DNA of 40,883 bases from a virus. Its lineage: Duplodnaviria; Heunggongvirae; Uroviricota; Caudoviricetes. The DNA lies in the IMG/VR virus record IMGVR_UViG_2909314774_000005; one strand, 5' to 3'. Shown one piece after another: positions 8,696 through 16,075 of the stretch. The translations under genes were made by a program, and so were the position numbers. The notes beneath the pieces were generated by a model that was not told the origin of the DNA, did no database searches, and saw nothing but the letters and a program-made list of their open reading frames with translations. The number at the start of each line of letters is the position of its first letter. The first letter of the stretch is position 1.

Positions 8696-9052
8696 ATGAG
8701 CAAAGATATAGGAGAGCGCGTTATTTCTGTGAGGAAGAAAGCAGGGTTGAACCAGAGAGAATTTGCAGCTCGTTTAGGTATTTCTAATGGTGGTATCAGT
8801 CAGATTGAAAATGGAAAGGCGATGCCTGGAGGGGAGTTTCTGTTAAAGATGCATCAAGAGTTTAATGTTGATGTAAATTGGTTGCTCACTGGAATGAGCA
8901 CAGATGGTATGACTAGAAACCAGAATCAAATTTCCCCAGAAAAACAAAAACTAATAGATACTTTTGACGACATGACACCAGACCAACAACGCTCATTTCT
9001 TGAGATTGGGCGATTCTATACTCAGCCAAAACCAGGAAAAATCGCAGGCTGA
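8696..9052 (+). CDS. XRE-family HTH repressor (c-repressor analogue)
   Basis: 118-aa ORF with Cro/C1-type HTH (LNQREFAARLGISNGGISQIENG) and WLLTG motif; transcribed opposite to the early operon; weak SD, as is common for repressors. Confidence 0.8.
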   Translation: MSKDIGERVISVRKKAGLNQREFAARLGISNGGISQIENGKAMPGGEFLLKMHQEFNVDVNWLLTGMSTDGMTRNQNQISPEKQKLIDTFDDMTPDQQRSFLEIGRFYTQPKPGKIAG

Positions 9053-9137
9053 TACTGACCCGGACACAAAGGACAGGTGGTTGATCTGGATGCTTTCAGA
9101 AAACATCGCCAGTGACATAGTGGAAGTTGTTTGGTTT

Positions 9138-9170
9138 ACCGGAAAGCATTGTGCTTTCCGGTTTTGTTTC
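9138..9170 (+). terminator. Rho-independent terminator downstream of the repressor gene
   Basis: Perfect 10-bp stem ACCGGAAAGC / GCTTTCCGGT with 5-nt loop followed by TTTTGTTT on the + strand; the T tract overlaps the dam stop codon on the other strand. Confidence 0.55.
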
Positions 9171-9933
9171 AGAAGTTGCAGATTAGCAGTTCACGGCGCG
9201 GCGTGGGTTTACCCGCCAGACTGTAGTTGATATTCACTGTCTGTATGTTCAGTCCAGTGAACACCTCGCGCATCTGCGGGATGTCGTTCACCGAAATTAT
9301 CATTTTTCCTCTGATGCACCGGGCCAGCTCTGCCAGCCGCGAGTAGTTCCCTTCAGGAAAATCCACACCATAGCCTTCCGTACCCAGGTACGGTGGGTCG
9401 CAGTAGAACAGCGTGTGCGGACGATCATAACGCTCAATGCACTGTTGCCAGTCCATGTGTTCTATGACTGTTCTGGAAAGCCGCAGGTGTGCCGCTGACA
9501 GTTCTTCTTCAATACGTAGCAGGTTGAAGCGTGGCGGGGATGTGGTGGAGGTACCGAAGCTGTGCTCTGCCACCTTGCCGCCAAACGCCTGCTTCTGAAG
9601 GTAGTAGAACCGTGCCGCACGCTGGATATCCGTCAGTGTTTCTTCCGGGGTGATCTGCAGCCATTTGTAGATCTGACGGCTGACCAGCGCCCATTTGAAC
9701 TGGCGGACAAATTCTTCCAGGTGATGCTTTACCACCCGGTACAGATTCACCAGTTCACCGTTGATATCATTGATGACTTCGATCTTGCCGGGTGTCTTAA
9801 GAAAATAGAGCGCTGCTGCCCCACAAAACGGCTCCACATAACATTCATGCGCCGGAAACAGCGGCAGAATGTGTTTTGCAAGGCGGCGTTTGCCACCAAT
9901 CCACGGCACGATGGGTAATGTCTGCATTTTCAT
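9169..9933 (-). CDS. DNA adenine methyltransferase, Dam family (D12-class N6-MTase)
   Basis: N-terminal PWIGGKRRL and FxGxG-like VEPFCGAAALYF AdoMet motif, C-terminal catalytic DPPY (LFYCDPPYLG); start taken at ATG 9933 (MKMQTLP) rather than track start 10023. Confidence 0.85.
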   Translation of the reverse strand: MKMQTLPIVPWIGGKRRLAKHILPLFPAHECYVEPFCGAAALYFLKTPGKIEVINDINGELVNLYRVVKHHLEEFVRQFKWALVSRQIYKWLQITPEETLTDIQRAARFYYLQKQAFGGKVAEHSFGTSTTSPPRFNLLRIEEELSAAHLRLSRTVIEHMDWQQCIERYDRPHTLFYCDPPYLGTEGYGVDFPEGNYSRLAELARCIRGKMIISVNDIPQMREVFTGLNIQTVNINYSLAGKPTPRRELLICNF

Positions 9934-9981
9934 AATCTGCAAGCCTTTTACAATTATTAAAAAATATGGCAGTCTGGTCAG

Positions 9982-9993
9982 GTCTCGCGAGAC
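9982..9993. promoter_or_regulatory. 12-bp perfect palindrome GTCTCGCGAGAC about 50 bp upstream of the dam start
   Basis: Read directly; flanking arms extend the dyad imperfectly; no adjacent T tract on either strand, so more likely a protein-binding site than a terminator. Confidence 0.35.
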
Positions 9994-10123
9994 TGACTGA
10001 ACCTTGGTCGGCTCACAGCGCATTCCTGTGGGGCGATGACCAGCCCGGCTTTCGGGTGCCGGGCTGGTCGTTCTTTCATGATGCGGCAGGGATGGCGGGA
10101 TTTCTGTTAATGTGGTTTAGGGA

Positions 10124-10339
10124 TTATCCGGGGCGATTTTCTGACCTTATCCGGTCCAGGGCATAAGTAATACCTTCTGCAAAAACAGAAGTATCAAACT
10201 GCTTTTGTATTCCCTGAAAATGAAAAGCGGCACGACAGACACTCAGTTCTCCGCGGTATAACCGGATAATATCTTCCAGAACATTGTTCACTGCTTCAGC
10301 ACGGCGCTGATGTTCTGTTAACGTTAATCGGGGATTCAT
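10124..10339 (-). CDS. hypothetical protein (71 aa)
   Basis: ATG preceded by a strong TAAGGAG SD at 6-7 nt spacing; no recognisable motif; lies in an AT-richer stretch. Confidence 0.45.
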   Translation of the reverse strand: MNPRLTLTEHQRRAEAVNNVLEDIIRLYRGELSVCRAAFHFQGIQKQFDTSVFAEGITYALDRIRSENRPG

Positions 10340-10742
10340 GATGCACTCCTTAAATGATGATTTTTATGTACTCACCGGCAAAATATTCTGCCGATTACTG
10401 AACACGCATCCGGCACCTCAGGTTTTGATTTATTCTGGTTTTTTCGATATCCCGGACCAGGTTGATCACGACCAGAAAAAGTGCCGGTGTTTTATTGATA
10501 CGCTGATATGGCTTCGGGATAACAGCTATATTCGTTACTCTCAGTTGCTGGCTGTGGGAGCGGCTGATGTCGTCCTCACGGAAAAAACGCTCTGTCTGCT
10601 CAATGCCATGCCGACCTTTCTGCAGCCCCGGCCCGTACCATTTAAAGAGTCACTTCTGGATGCAGTAAAAACCGGTGAAAATGCAGTCATCGCTGAATGC
10701 GTATCCCGGATTATGCGTTACGTGTTTAATGAACGTAAGTGA
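10338..10742 (+). CDS. hypothetical protein (134 aa)
   Basis: ATG preceded by CGGGGA; exactly fills the 378-bp gap between the P-loop gene stop and the 71-aa ORF start; its start overlaps the 71-aa ORF start on the other strand (shared CATG), so one of the two may be spurious. Confidence 0.35.
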   Translation: MMHSLNDDFYVLTGKIFCRLLNTHPAPQVLIYSGFFDIPDQVDHDQKKCRCFIDTLIWLRDNSYIRYSQLLAVGAADVVLTEKTLCLLNAMPTFLQPRPVPFKESLLDAVKTGENAVIAECVSRIMRYVFNERK

Positions 10743-11446
10743 GGTTTATCCGCTGTCTGCATAATCCCGATAGCCAGTGCGAGGGGAAGTAATTCCGGGG
10801 AAACTCTTTCAAACAGCGATGCCCATTCTCCTCTCGCCATCACTCTGTCCAGCCCGCCCTCCAGTTGCATTTCAGCAATCTTCCTGATTTCCCGGAACAA
10901 CGCCGCTTTGATCTCTTCATGCTCAGCTTTATTTTCCGGTGTCAGAAGGTATTCGTCGAAGAACCGGGGAGGCTGGTTAATCGGGATGTGTTCCTGTTTG
11001 CCGTACTTCGGGGACGAACAACATTCTGTTGACTGACCAGTGAGTTTACGTAACTCCTTCATGAGCAGCTCCTGATCGTAAACTGTCATCAGTGCCGCAA
11101 TGGTGGCATGCAGTGCATCGGGCAGTATCCAGGGTTGCCGGCCCGTGGGGCATATAACATCCAGCAGCTCATTCGTCCGACAGATACGCTCCTCGCCGTA
11201 TGACAACAGGCCCTGTCCCGTGTATTCCTCCAGCCTGATCACTGTGCCAGCCCGTGGTTTCTGCCATGTGCTCAGATCATCCCCACTCATACGGCGCTCA
11301 CCGTCCACGTCTGCGGCGTCGACAATGACGCTGTTTCCGAATTCCTGTTTCACCACTTCCTCTATTCGCGCCAGTACGTAACTTTTACCGCTGCCCACAG
11401 GACCGGACACGGTGACAGTGATGACCGGATTCAGTGTCTGCGTCAT
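10718..11446 (-). CDS. uncharacterised P-loop NTPase (242 aa)
   Basis: Walker A GPVGSGKS at residues 15-22; ATG preceded by GAGGAG; divergently transcribed from the lysis operon; no family recognised for the C-terminal 160 residues. Confidence 0.75.
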   Translation of the reverse strand: MTQTLNPVITVTVSGPVGSGKSYVLARIEEVVKQEFGNSVIVDAADVDGERRMSGDDLSTWQKPRAGTVIRLEEYTGQGLLSYGEERICRTNELLDVICPTGRQPWILPDALHATIAALMTVYDQELLMKELRKLTGQSTECCSSPKYGKQEHIPINQPPRFFDEYLLTPENKAEHEEIKAALFREIRKIAEMQLEGGLDRVMARGEWASLFERVSPELLPLALAIGIMQTADKPHLRSLNT

Positions 11447-11576
11447 ATCGTATTCTCCTCTGTGAATAATTCATCGTTTATCCTGCACATCCCGTATCCC
11501 CGGCTCTCTTAACGCGCTTTAAAATCCTTCGCGCCCTGTATTTGTGATGCTGTCTCCACCAGATAAGGAGACACAC

Positions 11577-11927
11577 ATGAAAAACCTGAAAAAATTCATT
11601 CCCCCTGTTAAAAAACCTCGCCTCAGCGGCTGGCTGCTGACCTCAGTGCTGTTGCTGGGCACCATCGCTCTGGTCTCACCACAGCAGCTGCCTGTTGTGA
11701 TCTACAAGCTGGCACTCATCACGCTGGCAGCAGTGCTGGGTTACTGGCTTGACCGTTCGCTCTTCCCCAAAGCCCGTCCCGGTCAGTACCTGAAACATGA
11801 CGACAGGCTGATGGCTGAAGGGCGTTTCCCGGTACAGACCGGCCTTCACCTGGTGTTTTCTGCTGCGTTAATCCGCCGTGCACTGATTGTTGCAGCGGTC
11901 TGCCTGGCTGTTGCGATGGGGCTTTAA
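11577..11927 (+). CDS. putative holin-like membrane protein (116 aa, three predicted TM segments)
   Basis: First gene of the late/lysis operon; ATG preceded by AAGGAG (track ORF begins at upstream GTG 11544); three hydrophobic segments; holin role inferred from position only. Confidence 0.6.
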   Translation: MKNLKKFIPPVKKPRLSGWLLTSVLLLGTIALVSPQQLPVVIYKLALITLAAVLGYWLDRSLFPKARPGQYLKHDDRLMAEGRFPVQTGLHLVFSAALIRRALIVAAVCLAVAMGL

Positions 11928-11929
11928 TC

Positions 11930-12670
11930 ATGAACTGGCCGCAGATCACCTGGATTGTATGCATGTCCCTGAAACTGGCTTTCGAAGCCTTTCGGGTCTT
12001 CATCAGAACCGAACGCCTGTCAGTCCGCGCCGGGACCTTTCTGGTTCATATGGCATGGGTATTCTTTGTCGCAATGTTGCTCTGGTGTGGCGGCTTTTTC
12101 AGCCAGGCATGCGCAGCACAACCTCCGCAGGCTGCGCTGCAGTATCGCGATGATGTGATCCGTAATGCCCGGCTTGAATGGGGACTGTCTGCGCCGGTGG
12201 CCGATTTCGCCGCGCAACTGCATCAGGAAAGCGGCTGGCGACCTGATGCGATCTCGCCGGCTGGCGCTCAGGGACTGGCGCAGTTCATGCCTGCCACTGC
12301 CGACTGGATAAGCCAGTTGATACCGATGCTGAGCAGTCGTGAGCCGTTTAATCCGGCATGGGCTATCCGGGCGCTGGTCAGCTATGACCGCTGGCTGTGG
12401 CAGCGTGTCAGCGCCGCCAGTGACTGCGAGCGTATGGCCATGACACTGTCGGGCTATAACGGTGGTCTGGGCTGGGTACAACGGGACAGGCGGCTTGCAT
12501 CACAGAAAGGTCTGGACAGCACCCGCTGGTTCGGACATGTCGCCACGGTGAATGCCGGACGCAATGCGGCCAGCTGGCGGGAGAACCGCCATTATCCGCA
12601 GCGCATCCTGCGCGAACTGGCACCGCGATATCTCACATGGGGAGGCAGCAGTTGTGTGGCATCTGGTTAA
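11930..12670 (+). CDS. endolysin, lytic transglycosylase (SLT domain) with N-terminal hydrophobic signal/anchor segment
   Basis: Family-1 LT motif QESGWRPDAISPAGAQGLAQFMP; ATG 2 nt after the holin-like stop; N-terminal hydrophobic stretch (residues about 37-60) may be a signal peptide or SAR domain. Confidence 0.85.
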   Translation: MNWPQITWIVCMSLKLAFEAFRVFIRTERLSVRAGTFLVHMAWVFFVAMLLWCGGFFSQACAAQPPQAALQYRDDVIRNARLEWGLSAPVADFAAQLHQESGWRPDAISPAGAQGLAQFMPATADWISQLIPMLSSREPFNPAWAIRALVSYDRWLWQRVSAASDCERMAMTLSGYNGGLGWVQRDRRLASQKGLDSTRWFGHVATVNAGRNAASWRENRHYPQRILRELAPRYLTWGGSSCVASG

Positions 12671-13304
12671 AAAGCTGCCGTGGCGCGGCATTCTGCTGGC
12701 CATTCTTATCAATGCCTTTCTGGTCGGCCTGTATGCCATGGGATACAGAAGTGGTCATGACTCTGCAAAGCGTGACGGTGATACCGCGCTAAGTCAGTTG
12801 CAGTCAGCATTTGACGCGTACAAAACGGAGCAGGCAACGCTTGAGAATGCTGCGCTGCGGGCCTGGGCCAGACGGTATCAGGAGCAGGTGGCCGCCGGGC
12901 AGCGGGCTGAAGCCGGTTATCTTGAGCAGATTGCTCAACTGGAGAGCCGGAACAAACAACTACAGGGGCAAATTAACGATGTCACACAGCGCTGGATTGA
13001 TGAAAAAGGTAAGAGTCATCCCATTGAGTGCGTGTTTACTCGCGGTTTCGTGCGCCAGTACAACGCCGCACTCGGATATGACAACGCATCCGTCGACACC
13101 GGTCATTCAGACTCAGTTGCCGCCACTGGCACCCGCTCTGGCACAGCGACCGGGCAACCTGAAACCACTGACACCCGGTTACGCGATTCGGGTGTCTCCC
13201 AGCGTGACGTTCTCGCCAACATCATCGACAACGCATGGCAATGTCGTCGCTGGCGGAACCAGATAAACGCGCTGCTGGATGAACGGGAAGGATTACAGAA
13301 ATGA
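12654..13304 (+). CDS. Rz: Rz-like inner-membrane spanin (i-spanin)
   Basis: GTG start preceded by GGAGG, overlapping the endolysin 3' end; N-terminal TM (GILLAILINAFLVGLYAMGY) then a long coiled-coil-like periplasmic region; the track ORF start 12552 lies deep in the endolysin gene. Confidence 0.7.
   Translation: MWHLVKKLPWRGILLAILINAFLVGLYAMGYRSGHDSAKRDGDTALSQLQSAFDAYKTEQATLENAALRAWARRYQEQVAAGQRAEAGYLEQIAQLESRNKQLQGQINDVTQRWIDEKGKSHPIECVFTRGFVRQYNAALGYDNASVDTGHSDSVAATGTRSGTATGQPETTDTRLRDSGVSQRDVLANIIDNAWQCRRWRNQINALLDEREGLQK
13000..13266 (+). CDS. Rz1: Rz1-like outer-membrane lipoprotein spanin embedded in Rz (+1 frame)
   Basis: ATG within the +1-frame ORF inside Rz; MKKVRVIPLSACLLAVSC signal with lipobox-like cysteines followed by a Pro/Thr-rich short mature peptide. 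Confidence 0.6.
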   Translation: MKKVRVIPLSACLLAVSCASTTPHSDMTTHPSTPVIQTQLPPLAPALAQRPGNLKPLTPGYAIRVSPSVTFSPTSSTTHGNVVAGGTR

Positions 13305-13627
13305 CACTGCAGGTTGAATTCTGGACGGTGGTGAGTTTTCTGCTCACCTTCATGAGGTTTGTGGGAGGGCTCGCCAAATGGTTGTTCAGTAAAACAGAAG
13401 AACGCCAGGCGGCACGATTCGCCTCCCTTGAACAGGCCCTGCAACAATCCGCCTCCAACTGGGGCGAGCTGGAAAAAGAATTTATGCGATTTAAAGCGGA
13501 TTTACCGCTGAATTATGTCCGTCGAGAGGATTATATCCGTGGCCAGACAGTCATTGAGGCCAAACTGGACGCGCTTTATAACAAACTGGAAGTGGTACAG
13601 CAGTACCGCAATACCGGAGGTCAATAA
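13301..13627 (+). CDS. small membrane protein (108 aa, Mu gp25-like position)
   Basis: ATG overlaps the Rz stop (ATGA); N-terminal TM segment FWTVVSFLLTFMRFVGGLAKWLF. Confidence 0.65.
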   Translation: MTLQVEFWTVVSFLLTFMRFVGGLAKWLFSKTEERQAARFASLEQALQQSASNWGELEKEFMRFKADLPLNYVRREDYIRGQTVIEAKLDALYNKLEVVQQYRNTGGQ

Positions 13628-13938
13628 TGGTCGATATTACCCGGGTACGCCGCGAATCCCTGCGCTGGAGTCTGCTGGTTGCCCTGAACAAGACCCGCCC
13701 TTACACCGCCAGCGAGACGCTGCTGCTGGATGTGTCCCGTGCCATCTACCCGGACACCACACCGCTGGAACTGCGCCGCGAACTGGATTATCTGGCTGAC
13801 CGTAAAATGGTTGAGCTGGAGAAAAAACCTTCTGGCGACTGGTTTGCTGACCTGACCCGCCTCGGCGTAGACCTGGTGGAATACACCGTGGAATGTGGTC
13901 CGGGTATTGCCCGCCCGGAAAAGTACTGGAGTGAATAA
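13627..13938 (+). CDS. conserved hypothetical late protein (103 aa, Mu gp26-like position)
   Basis: ATG preceded by GGAGG at 6 nt, overlapping the upstream stop. Confidence 0.7.
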   Translation: MVDITRVRRESLRWSLLVALNKTRPYTASETLLLDVSRAIYPDTTPLELRRELDYLADRKMVELEKKPSGDWFADLTRLGVDLVEYTVECGPGIARPEKYWSE

Positions 13939-14483
13939 TGGCCAGACGCAGCACAATAGAAAAGCTGCCGGAAGACGTGCGCCGCTGGCTTGAACGGGCG
14001 CTGACTGAATCCGGCTTCAGCGGGTATAACGAGCTGGAGTCACTGTTGCGTGAGCGGGGGTACGTCATCAGCAAATCCGCTATCCATCGCTATGGACAGA
14101 AGATTGAGCGCCGCTATGGTGCTATCCGTGCGGCAACAGAAGCGGCCCGCATGCTGACCGAAGGCGCAGCAGACGATCAGGATGCGCGTTCGGAGGCTGT
14201 GATAGCCCTTATTCAGACCGAGCTGTTCGAGAGTATTGTCCAGTTGCAGGAGGCGGAAGAAGGCGAAGTCGATCCTAAAGAACGCGTGGCCCTGCTGTCG
14301 AAGGTGGCGAAGAATGTGGCTACGCTGTCCCGCGCGTCCGTCAACCTCAAAAAGTTCCAGTCTGAAGTACGGGCCAGAGCGCAGCAGGCAGCCAGCAACG
14401 CCGAGAAAATTGCCCGTAAGGGGGGACTGTCAAGCGACGCAGTACAGGCGCTTCGTCGCGAGATTCTGGGGATTGCCACATGA
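13938..14483 (+). CDS. terminase small subunit-like protein (Mu gp27/DUF3486-like)
   Basis: 181-aa helical protein immediately upstream of the terminase large subunit gene, start/stop overlap; family recalled from Mu-like phages. Confidence 0.7.
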   Translation: MARRSTIEKLPEDVRRWLERALTESGFSGYNELESLLRERGYVISKSAIHRYGQKIERRYGAIRAATEAARMLTEGAADDQDARSEAVIALIQTELFESIVQLQEAEEGEVDPKERVALLSKVAKNVATLSRASVNLKKFQSEVRARAQQAASNAEKIARKGGLSSDAVQALRREILGIAT

Positions 14484-16075
14484 CAAAATCATCCGGAGTG
14501 ATTTTAAACGCCGCTGGCGGCGGCCCCGAAGGGATGAGTCCCATGGACGGGAGGAATAACCTTGCTCCCGTTTTGCCTGATACCTCGGCGCTGGATGCCC
14601 CTCCCGTTCTGTTGCCTTACCAGCAGCGCTGGGTGGCAGACACCTCTCCGCTTAAGGTGATAGAAAAGAGCCGTCGTACCGGTATTACATGGGCTGAGGC
14701 ATCCGATAACGTACTGACCGCCGCCTCTTCTGCGCCAGCAGGCGGGATGAATGTGTATTACATCGCTTATAACCAGGACATGACCGTCGAATACATTCAG
14801 GCGTGTGCGATGTGGGCACGGGCATTCAACTATGCGGCCAGTGAAATTGAAGAAGGATTCTGGGAAGAGGACGACGACGACAAACACATCAAGACTTACA
14901 CCATCAAATTTCCTGACTCCGGCTTTCGTATTGTTGCGCTCTCCAGCCGCCCGTCTAACCTGCGTGGCCGTCAGGGTATTATTGTTATCGACGAAGCGGC
15001 GTTCCATGAGCAACTGGACGAACTGCTGAAAGCGGCGCTGGCGATGCTTATCTGGGGGGGAAAGGTACGCGTTATCTCCACCCATGACGGTGACGACAAT
15101 CCGTTCAATACGCTTATCGGGGATATCCGTGCCGGACGTCAGGGAGGCAGCATACATCGCATCACTTTCCGGGAAGCCGTATCTGAGGGGCTGTTCCGGC
15201 GCGTCTGTCTGCGCACCGGGAAGGAATGGTCGGAGGCATCCGAGCAGGCCTGGATGGCATCGGTGTACAAATTCTACGGTGCCGGCGCATCCGAAGAGCT
15301 TGACTGTATTCCGGCCAACGGTGGCGGTGCCTGGCTGTCCCGTGCCCTGATAGAGTCCCGCATGTCCGCTGATACGCCGGTATTGCGTCTGACCTGCAAG
15401 GAAGGTTATGAACTGCTGTCTGATGAGGTTCGCTTCCGCGAGACGCAGGACTGGCTTGATGAGTATCTGAAACCATTGCTGGAGGCACTCCCCACTGATG
15501 CCCGCTCTTTCCTGGGGCGCGACTTTGGCCGTAGCGGTGATTTGTCGGTGGACTATCCCCTGCTGCAGGAGAAGAACCTGGTACGACGCGTGCCATTCGT
15601 ACTGGAGCTGCGTAACGTGCCGTTCAGACAGCAGGAGCAAATCACCTGGTATCTGATGGATGGCCTGCCCGGTCTGCTGGGTGCAGCGTTTGATGCCCGT
15701 GGTAATGGTGCCTATCTGGCTGAATACGCCATGCAGCGCTACGGCTCCGGCCGGGTTCAGCAGGTGATGCCAACCGAAGGCTGGTACCGGGAGCATATGC
15801 CTCCGGTCAAAGCTGCACTGGAAGACGGCAACCTGGTGGACTTACCAAAGGATGAAGACACACTGGATGACCTGCGGGCCGTTCAGGTGGTGAACGGTGT
15901 CCCCCGCGTACCGGAGCAACGCTCAAAAGCAAAGGCTGACGGTGGTAAACGCCACGGGGATTCAGCCATCGCACTGGCGCTGGCGTATTTCGCCAGCCGT
16001 GAAATTAACAAAGGGCCGGTGAAGGCAAGCTCACGCCGTCGTCGTCAGGCGGCCCGTATGCTGGAGGGATTCTGA
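14480..16075 (+). CDS. terminase large subunit (Mu gp28-like)
   Basis: 531-aa ORF; position before portal; Walker B-like GIIVIDEAAF and C-terminal nuclease-like acidic residues; stop overlaps the portal start. Confidence 0.85.
   Translation: MTKSSGVILNAAGGGPEGMSPMDGRNNLAPVLPDTSALDAPPVLLPYQQRWVADTSPLKVIEKSRRTGITWAEASDNVLTAASSAPAGGMNVYYIAYNQDMTVEYIQACAMWARAFNYAASEIEEGFWEEDDDDKHIKTYTIKFPDSGFRIVALSSRPSNLRGRQGIIVIDEAAFHEQLDELLKAALAMLIWGGKVRVISTHDGDDNPFNTLIGDIRAGRQGGSIHRITFREAVSEGLFRRVCLRTGKEWSEASEQAWMASVYKFYGAGASEELDCIPANGGGAWLSRALIESRMSADTPVLRLTCKEGYELLSDEVRFRETQDWLDEYLKPLLEALPTDARSFLGRDFGRSGDLSVDYPLLQEKNLVRRVPFVLELRNVPFRQQEQITWYLMDGLPGLLGAAFDARGNGAYLAEYAMQRYGSGRVQQVMPTEGWYREHMPPVKAALEDGNLVDLPKDEDTLDDLRAVQVVNGVPRVPEQRSKAKADGGKRHGDSAIALALAYFASREINKGPVKASSRRRRQAARMLEGF

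Noticed and set aside
9000-9230. 76-aa + strand ORF after the repressor gene
   Set aside because: Overlaps the repressor 3' end, the terminator hairpin and the dam 3' end; no start signals; Cys/Arg-rich translation.
12552-12653. Upstream ATG start (12552) for Rz and upstream start (10023) for dam as given by the ORF track
   Set aside because: 12552 lies more than 100 nt inside the endolysin gene with no SD, whereas GTG 12654 has a GGAGG SD and yields the expected N-terminal TM; for dam the ATG at 9933 gives the canonical Dam N-terminus, and the extra 30 residues have no counterpart.
14504-15796. 430-aa - strand ORF and other - strand ORFs inside the terminase/portal genes (15162, 16135, 16641, 16945, 17064, 17213, 17377, 17435)
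   Set aside because: Antisense to the terminase large subunit and portal genes, which have clear family signatures; long open antisense frames are expected at this GC content.
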